DNA of 64,000 bases from positions 186,001 through 250,000 of the forward strand of contig NIVC01001008.1 of NCBI GenBank assembly GCA_002269645.1. The letters are read 5' to 3'. The notes under the pieces were generated by a model. That model saw only the letters and a program-made list of their open reading frames with translations, was not told the origin of the DNA and searched no databases. Position 1 is the first letter of the stretch. Each line of letters starts with the position of its first letter. Origin of the DNA: Macrostomum lignano (Eukaryota). A program made the translations under genes and the position numbers. Of the stretch, positions 58,301 through 64,000 are shown in pieces.

Positions 58301-61071
58301 CAGATCCTCAGTTGGTGGGGCACTGCTAGCCTCCCAGACTCTCGGATCCTCAGTTGCTGGGGCACTGCTAGCCTCCCAGACTCTCGGATCCTCAGTTGCT
58401 GGGGCACTGCTAGCCTCCCAGACTCTCAGATCCTCAGTTGCTGGGGCACTGCTAGCCTCCCAGACTCCCAGATCCTCAGTTGCTGGGGCACTGCTAGCCT
58501 CCCAGACTCCCAGATCCTCAGTTGCTGGGGCACTGCTAGCCTCCCAGACTCCCAGATCCTCAGTTGCTGGGGCACTGCTAGCCTCCCAGACTCCCAGATC
58601 CTCAGTTGCTGGGCACTGCTAGCCTCCCAGACTCCCAGATCCTCAGTTGCTGGGGCACTGCTAGCCTCCCAGACTCCCAGATCCTCAGTTGCTGGGGCAC
58701 TGCTAGCCTCCCAGACTCCCAGATCCTCAGTTGCTGGGGCACTGCTAGCCTCCCAGACTCTCGGATTCTCAGTTGCTGGGGCACTGCTAGCCTCCCAGAC
58801 TCTCGGATTCTCAGTTGCTGGGGCACTGCTAGCCTCCCAGACTCTCAGATCCTCAGTTGCTTTGTCATCTGTCAATCTGTCAAAGTCAAAGCTTTTCCAA
58901 AGTTTTCAAATTTTATTAAGCTGCAAATTAATTAAAAATGTAAGAGTTATAATTATTATAATAAAAACTAGAATAAAAAATAATTATAATCCTTTTTGCC
59001 GCGGGTTTCCCATCTGAAGGTAGCCGCTAATTGGGGCAGGCGGTGCCGATGAAGACGCGCAGCCTCTTCAAACCGGCGCATTTCGCCATGTTAGCAGCAT
59101 TCTTGTTAAAACGAGTACCTCTGGCGGGATTGCGCAATCCCCTTGTCATTCAAACCATGCGCTGGTATTGCGTAACCAGGCGTCAGCTGCTAAGTAAAAT
59201 GGAAGCCTAAAATTTCGACTTGCTATGCAGGAAAATTAATATTAGATTTGAAGTTTTTTAATTTTATATTTACAAAAACTTGGCAACAGATCAAAGCATG
59301 TATAAACTGTATGAGTGATTAGAATATTCCACTGCTGGAAGGGCTTCTGGAGTGTGGGAATCTGTAAGTCATTAAAGCATTCTCAGGCTTCATTTAATTG
59401 CTTCGTCTTCGTCTAGGCAAATATATATGATGCTTGTTTGGTACGTTCGCATCTGAAACCCCTGCCCTGTGCTCTCTGGCTGAGGTAGACTGCTCAACAA
59501 CTATATTATTGTAGTAATTTCGTCTCCAGAGTAATAAACTAGGTGGTGGCAGGTACACCTGCAGCTATTATTGTACCATTGTGTGGAATAAATTTCTTGT
59601 TGTACAAGCGTATGTTTCTCTAGCGAGCAAATATCGTTTCTTTGCAATAATATGCTTCAGTCAGTGGGTGAATTATCTGTTTTAATCCCTAAAGTTCTCC
59701 CTAAAATTGTTGCTCACGCCGTACTTCACAAAAGCTTGTCAAACTCTATCTGTACTACTTTTAGTAAGAATGCGAGTATTTTTATGCAAGTTTTATTACT
59801 ATTAGATAAGAAATTAATTAGTATTATACTTGTTACCTAGAATAAGTCAGGTGTTTTCTTACAAGTAATTAGGACGAGCAACTTCGTTAACACACCAACA
59901 TCTCTACCCTACTCTACCATGTTTATAAGTTGAGTCGCTTTCACATTAACAGTTCTGGAATCTTGAAATCCCATTAACCGATTTTATATGAGGTAGATAC
60001 TTCTAATGAAATATGAATTACCGAAAATGTATAATTTACAATTAATGACATCTTTTTTGGCTGCTTCCATTCTCAGAATCCAGCTCTTGTGCTGCTTCCA
60101 TTGTCAGAATCCAGCTCTTGTGCTGCTTCCATTGTCAGAATCCAGCTCTTGTGCTGTTTCCATTGTCAGAATCCAGCTCTTGTGCTGTTTCCATTGTCAG
60201 AATCCAGCTCTTGTGCTGTTTCCATTGTCAGAATCCAGCTCTTGTGCTGCTTCCATTGTCAGAATCCAGCTCTTGTGCTGCTTCCATTGTCAGAATCCAG
60301 CTCTTGTGCTGCTTCCATTGTCAGAATCCAGCTCTTGTGCTGCTTTCATTGTCAGAATCCAGCTCTTGTGCTGCTTCCATTGTCAGAATCCAGACAACAA
60401 TATTCCGTACAAAGTCCTCATTTTGAATCCCCAACGTGCAGATCGGCTCCATCACCTACGAGGACGCCGAGGAGCGGGCCGCTGTCGGTCGCGACTTGGG
60501 CGGCCTCGGCGGCGACATTGATGTTCACGGCGGCGGCGGCGGTGGAGGCGGCGGCGGCCTCGGCGGCATGGGGAAGCTGGCCTGCGACCCGCTACCAGAC
60601 GGCCGCCCGTTTGCCCAGTTCTCCCTGTCGCAGAGCCGCAGCTTCATCGGCGTGCCGGCTAATAATTCTTCGTCGAGTCTGCTGCTGCACCAGCAGAAGC
60701 AGCAGCAACAACAGGCGGCTGCTGCTGCCGCCGCCGCCGCGGCAACGCCTGTCTACGAGGAGATTCGCGATTGCTCATCTTCGGTGGACCGGTACTCGGC
60801 CTACTCCAACACGGCGACTTCCCCGCGTCGCCCAGAGTCAACGCTAATTGGCTGGTCGTCTGGAGGACTTGGCGGAGTCGCCGGCGTCGGCGGCGTCAGC
60901 AGCGGCAGCGGCAATCTGCTCTACGAATCGTCCGATCCAGCCAGGGTGCAGCAAGGCGGAGCTCTAGTTAGCGGCGGCTATCCCAGCATGGGCGTCAGCT
61001 CGCTGTCCTACTGCGGCTTCCCGACTAACGAGAGGCGGCGCGGCGGCAGCCGGCCATCCCTGCCAGTCTGA
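46399..61071 (+). CDS. TMEM145: TMEM145-like (GPR180/GpcrRhopsn4 family) membrane protein, 638 aa, join(46399..46497,53995..54069,54171..54245,54350..54553,55650..55734,55831..55902,56911..57060,57474..58000,60442..61071)
   Basis: Exons read [12 protein letters not shown]|[10 protein letters not shown]...MKYPV|...QNMLLYWD...W..VYK|TCTEKES...[13 protein letters not shown]|[13 protein letters not shown]...EHFSADE|..LEF..|[10 protein letters not shown]|DPGLVY...GYCLIGLQ...FPYDLKTSQ|IGS, matching recalled TMEM145 motifs in order. All junctions are GT-AG with consistent phases and the total is 1917 nt. Confidence 0.92.
48353..52235 (-). mobile_element. Intact intron-containing RNase H-like (D-D-CxxH-E) transposase-like gene with C-terminal Spindlin-type Tudor domain, 1171 aa, complement(join(48353..49074,49151..49709,49826..50842,51018..52235))
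   Basis: Three GT-AG introns (phases 0, 0, 1) join four ORF-track pieces into one open frame of 3516 nt. Motifs: ILHDATSK (D1), LMTDRHVVN (D2), FCGMH (CxxH), [15 protein letters not shown] (E). An RG-rich linker follows, then [10 protein letters not shown]...DWIPGHVL...[24 protein letters not shown]. Element termini were not identified. Confidence 0.8.
53586..53918. repeat. 23-bp minisatellite
   Basis: Unit CTCTAGAATCGCCCATAA(A/G)CCAC. Confidence 0.92.
54659..55536. mobile_element. Internally deleted PIF/Harbinger DNA transposon (878 bp) in TMEM145 intron 4
   Basis: Perfect 18-bp TIRs GGGCCCGTGCTATAGAAT / ATTCTATAGCACGGGCCC with a 3-bp CTG duplication on both sides. Plus-strand fragment 54983-55180 ([12 protein letters not shown]...RFRL...IEHPTR) resembles a Harbinger transposase N-terminus. 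Minus-strand fragment 55180-55301 ([24 protein letters not shown]) resembles the Myb/SANT partner. Subterminal CTCCTA(A/G) repeats are present. Confidence 0.85.
56083..56757. repeat. 37-bp minisatellite in a TMEM145 intron
   Basis: Unit GAGTCACTATATTCCCGTGATGTTTCAGAGACTTATT. Confidence 0.93.
58124..58862. repeat. 42-bp (33-bp variant) minisatellite in a TMEM145 intron
   Basis: Unit GCTAGCCTCCCAGACTCCCAGATCCTCAGTTGCTGGGGCACT. Confidence 0.95.
60060..60393. repeat. 31-bp minisatellite just upstream of the last TMEM145 exon
   Basis: Unit GTCAGAATCCAGCTCTTGTGCTGCTTCCATT. Confidence 0.95.
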
Positions 61072-61427
61072 CTGAGGCGTCTGTCTTTTCTTACTTTGGT
61101 TCCGCGACAATTGCCTGCAGTCGCAATCGCTGGCAATCAGGCAAGAAAATGGACTAAACAGGTGTCACTGCAAGGCAATGTTCGTGTGCTATAGTTTTAC
61201 TGTGCTTAAATTTTGATTGAGCAGCTTCTGATTTTGTAACAGTTATCTAGTTCGTCGATCTCTCTATGGATAAATGCCGAAACGGACCGGCTTATCGTGT
61301 TTTTTAATCTGTTGCAATTTTTTACCTTCAGTTTTAAGTCCTTAAAATTGTTATCGCTACAAAGAGGAATTACTTCTATTGCCAAAACTATTATTCATAA
61401 TAAATTTAATCATTAACTACGATAACT

Positions 61428-62097
61428 TATGTGGGGAATTCCCTCAGTAAGCTAAAATCGCTAGTGTGGAGAATTCCCTCATTAAAATACAATCGCTAGT
61501 GTGAGGAATTCCCTCAATAAAATACAATCGCTAGGGTGGGGAATTCTCTCAATAAACTACGATCGCTAGTGTGGGGAATTCCCTCAATAAGCTACAATCG
61601 CTAGTGTGGGGAATTCCGTAAATAAACTACAATCGCTAGTGTGAGGAATTCCCTCAATAGACTACGATCGCTAGTGTAGAGAATTCCCTCAATAGACTAC
61701 AATCGCTAGTGTGGGGAATTCCCTCAATAGACTACGATCGCTAGTGTGGGGAATTCCCTCAATAGACTACAATCGCTAGTGTGGGGAATTCCCTCAATAG
61801 ACTACGATCGCTAGTGTAGAGAATTCCCTCAATAGACTACAATCGCTAGTGTGGGGAATTCCCTCAATAGACTACGATCGCTAGTGTGGGGAATTCCCTC
61901 AATAGACTACAATCGCTAGTGTGGGGAATTCCCTCAATAGACTACGATCGCTAGTGTGGGGGATTCCCTCAATAGACTACGATCGCTAGTGTGGGGAATT
62001 CCCTCAATAGACTACAATCGCTAGTGTGGGGAATTCCCTCAATAGACTACGATCGCTAGTGTGGGGAATTCCCTCAATCAACTACGATCGGTAGTGT
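61428..62097. repeat. 35-bp minisatellite with an internal palindrome
   Basis: Unit ATCGCTAGTGTGGGGAATTCCCTCAATAGACTAC(A/G). Head-to-tail with no spacers. Confidence 0.96.
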
Positions 62098-63639
62098 CAA
62101 TCTGTGGCACCTGGCAGTTGATACTAGTAAATTTAGCAAGAGTTCTGTTATTGCTTCAGGTCCCTGTATATACGATATTAGTGAATTGAAATGCAAACTG
62201 GTCGGTGTTAGCATCATTGTGGTTTGAAGCAAAAACTCAGAACTTCATTCCAATCGCCTTCAATTTTTCTTCTTAAAAGAAAAATGTTAATTTTTGCACT
62301 TCTCCACAGGCCTATACATTTAAGTGGGCCAAGCTACACGTGTATTCATTTATTGTACGTACAATGGTTACGAGTATTGCAATTAGTTGTTTCTTTTACC
62401 TTCGAAAGCAGTTTCGCCTTGGAAAATGCTCATTGTTTTTATTTAATCCTGAACACAATTTTTTTAACTGACAACCAATGCACCGAGCACCATGCAGTCC
62501 ACCTCGCTGTGTGTCTCGCACTCTTCCCCAATCATTCGGCATTTTTCCTTGTGTTTCCTTTGTTTCCCTGCACAGCAGATGTATACATATATTGAATATG
62601 CTTCTCTTGATGCCGTGCACCAGATTTCTAGTACTGCAAGATGTGCAGTAAATCTTCGGGCTTAATGCAAATTTATCATTGATTGTTATTAAAGCGGCAA
62701 CATTGCGTTATGATTTAATTACGTTAATTACTGCAGTGATTTTGTTTTGTATAGACTATATACAATTGTATGCAGTAAGCTTCTTTGTTAGTTGTTTGTT
62801 TTACACTAAATTTTGTGGTTTGCGATTCATCATTTATATTAATTAAAGAATGCACAAATTCACCCGCTTTAATCACGCTTAACTTTAAATTTTAATTTGC
62901 TTATTTAGCCTTGACTTTTTACTCTGAGACGCTTTGTAATTCTTTTTTACACTGTATTTCTTATGCTACTGCGATACAAATGCAAATTACCTACTTACCC
63001 TCGTAACATTTTATTAGTCAAATCGTTAAAAAAAGTACATATCAGTTGTGTAGTATCTTTGGTTATTTCTGACACCGTTTTGTTTTAATTAAGGACATTT
63101 GATTGTGTTTAAAAACGCCTTCAGTCTTGAGAAAGTCATTTTTGTGTTATTTAACTTTAAGGATCTGCTAAAACTGATATCAAAACATAGTAACAACAGG
63201 TTCGATGGCAGCATTATGTATTTTCATTAAAAACCGAATTAGTAGAATAAACTTATCGAAAACCAGTATACCACAGTAATACATAAAATACTTGAGCTAT
63301 TTAATTTTCCCTCACCTAAGGTTTGATGAAAGTTAGTTGCGCTTAAATAGTTTCTCGGAAACAATGATCTGACATTTACAAAGAGGAAAATTGCCAGCGT
63401 AAATAAAATTGTATAAAAATTAAGCAAAGAAACTTAGAGAAATAGCGAAATGTTCCTACAAGTAATGTTATGGGCAAGCTCTTTATGCTTACCTGTATGT
63501 ATAATGCAGCTGGGTAACTGTCTATGGCACTGCGGTGCAGGCCGTCAGAAAGGATGAAAAGCGCGAAAGCGATAGTCTACAAGCAGACCCACGTCGACTG
63601 CCATTTTTTACCGTTCAAACTACCAAAATGTATTTACTC

Positions 63640-63911
63640 TCCACTTGGGCCCGGCCATAGAAAACAGAAACGTATTTATTCATCACTTGGGCCCGGTCAT
63701 AGACTACAGAAACGTATTTATTCCCCACTTGGGCCCGGCCATAGACTACAGAAACGTATTTATTCCCTACTTGGGCCCGGCCATAGACTACAGAAACGTA
63801 TTTATTCTCCACTTGGGCCCGGCCATAGACTACAAAACCGTATTTATTCCCTACTTGGGCCCGGCCATAGACTACAAAAACGTATTTATTCCCCCACGGG
63901 CCCGGCCATAA
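63640..63911. repeat. 42-bp minisatellite
   Basis: Unit ACTTGGGCCCGGCCATAGACTACAGAAACGTATTTATTCCCC. Confidence 0.93.
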
Positions 63912-64000
63912 GATAATCGAAGATATCATCTACTGAAATAAACAAGTACAAATGCTAGCTACAGAAATCTATCTTATACCTATAAAATGAAAACTTTGTG

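Noticed and set aside
59135-59185. GGGATTGCGCAATCCC palindrome and a CTGGT-ATTGCGTA-ACCAG hairpin resembling U2 stem-loop IV
   Set aside because: No U2 5' region or Sm site nearby; short hairpins like this arise by chance.
61428-62097. CRISPR-like appearance (35-bp palindromic repeat)
   Set aside because: Units are head-to-tail with no unique spacers, there are no cas genes, and the context is eukaryotic. The same holds for all other arrays.

Overview
Eukaryotic (metazoan) genomic DNA. Its style resembles a macrostomid flatworm such as Macrostomum (inference): GC-rich exons with poly-Q/A/G runs, TTAGGG-type telomeric motifs and a different minisatellite in many introns. I hand-assembled six host genes: a small two-exon type II membrane protein (6899-7937, +), NTAN1 (15227-17390, -), an intronless EGFR-family kinase (24463-28932, +), an eight-exon LCCH3/GABA-A beta-like channel subunit (31078-40316, -), RPL29 (41449-41637, -) and a nine-exon TMEM145-like gene (46399-61071, +). 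The mobile DNA is the most interesting part. An intact four-exon, 1171-aa D-D-CxxH-E transposase with a C-terminal Spindlin-type Tudor (histone methyl-lysine reader) domain lies antisense in TMEM145 intron 1. Also present are an internally deleted Harbinger, two copies of a tRNA-derived SINE (one intact with a 14-bp TSD, one CpG-eroded), a Crypton-like remnant and two MITE-like foldbacks. Other notable points are a His-to-Lys change at the NTAN1 catalytic triad, a sharply bounded CpG desert next to RPL29, interstitial telomeric repeats and about 30 tandem arrays. All family assignments come from recalled motifs; no database search was run.
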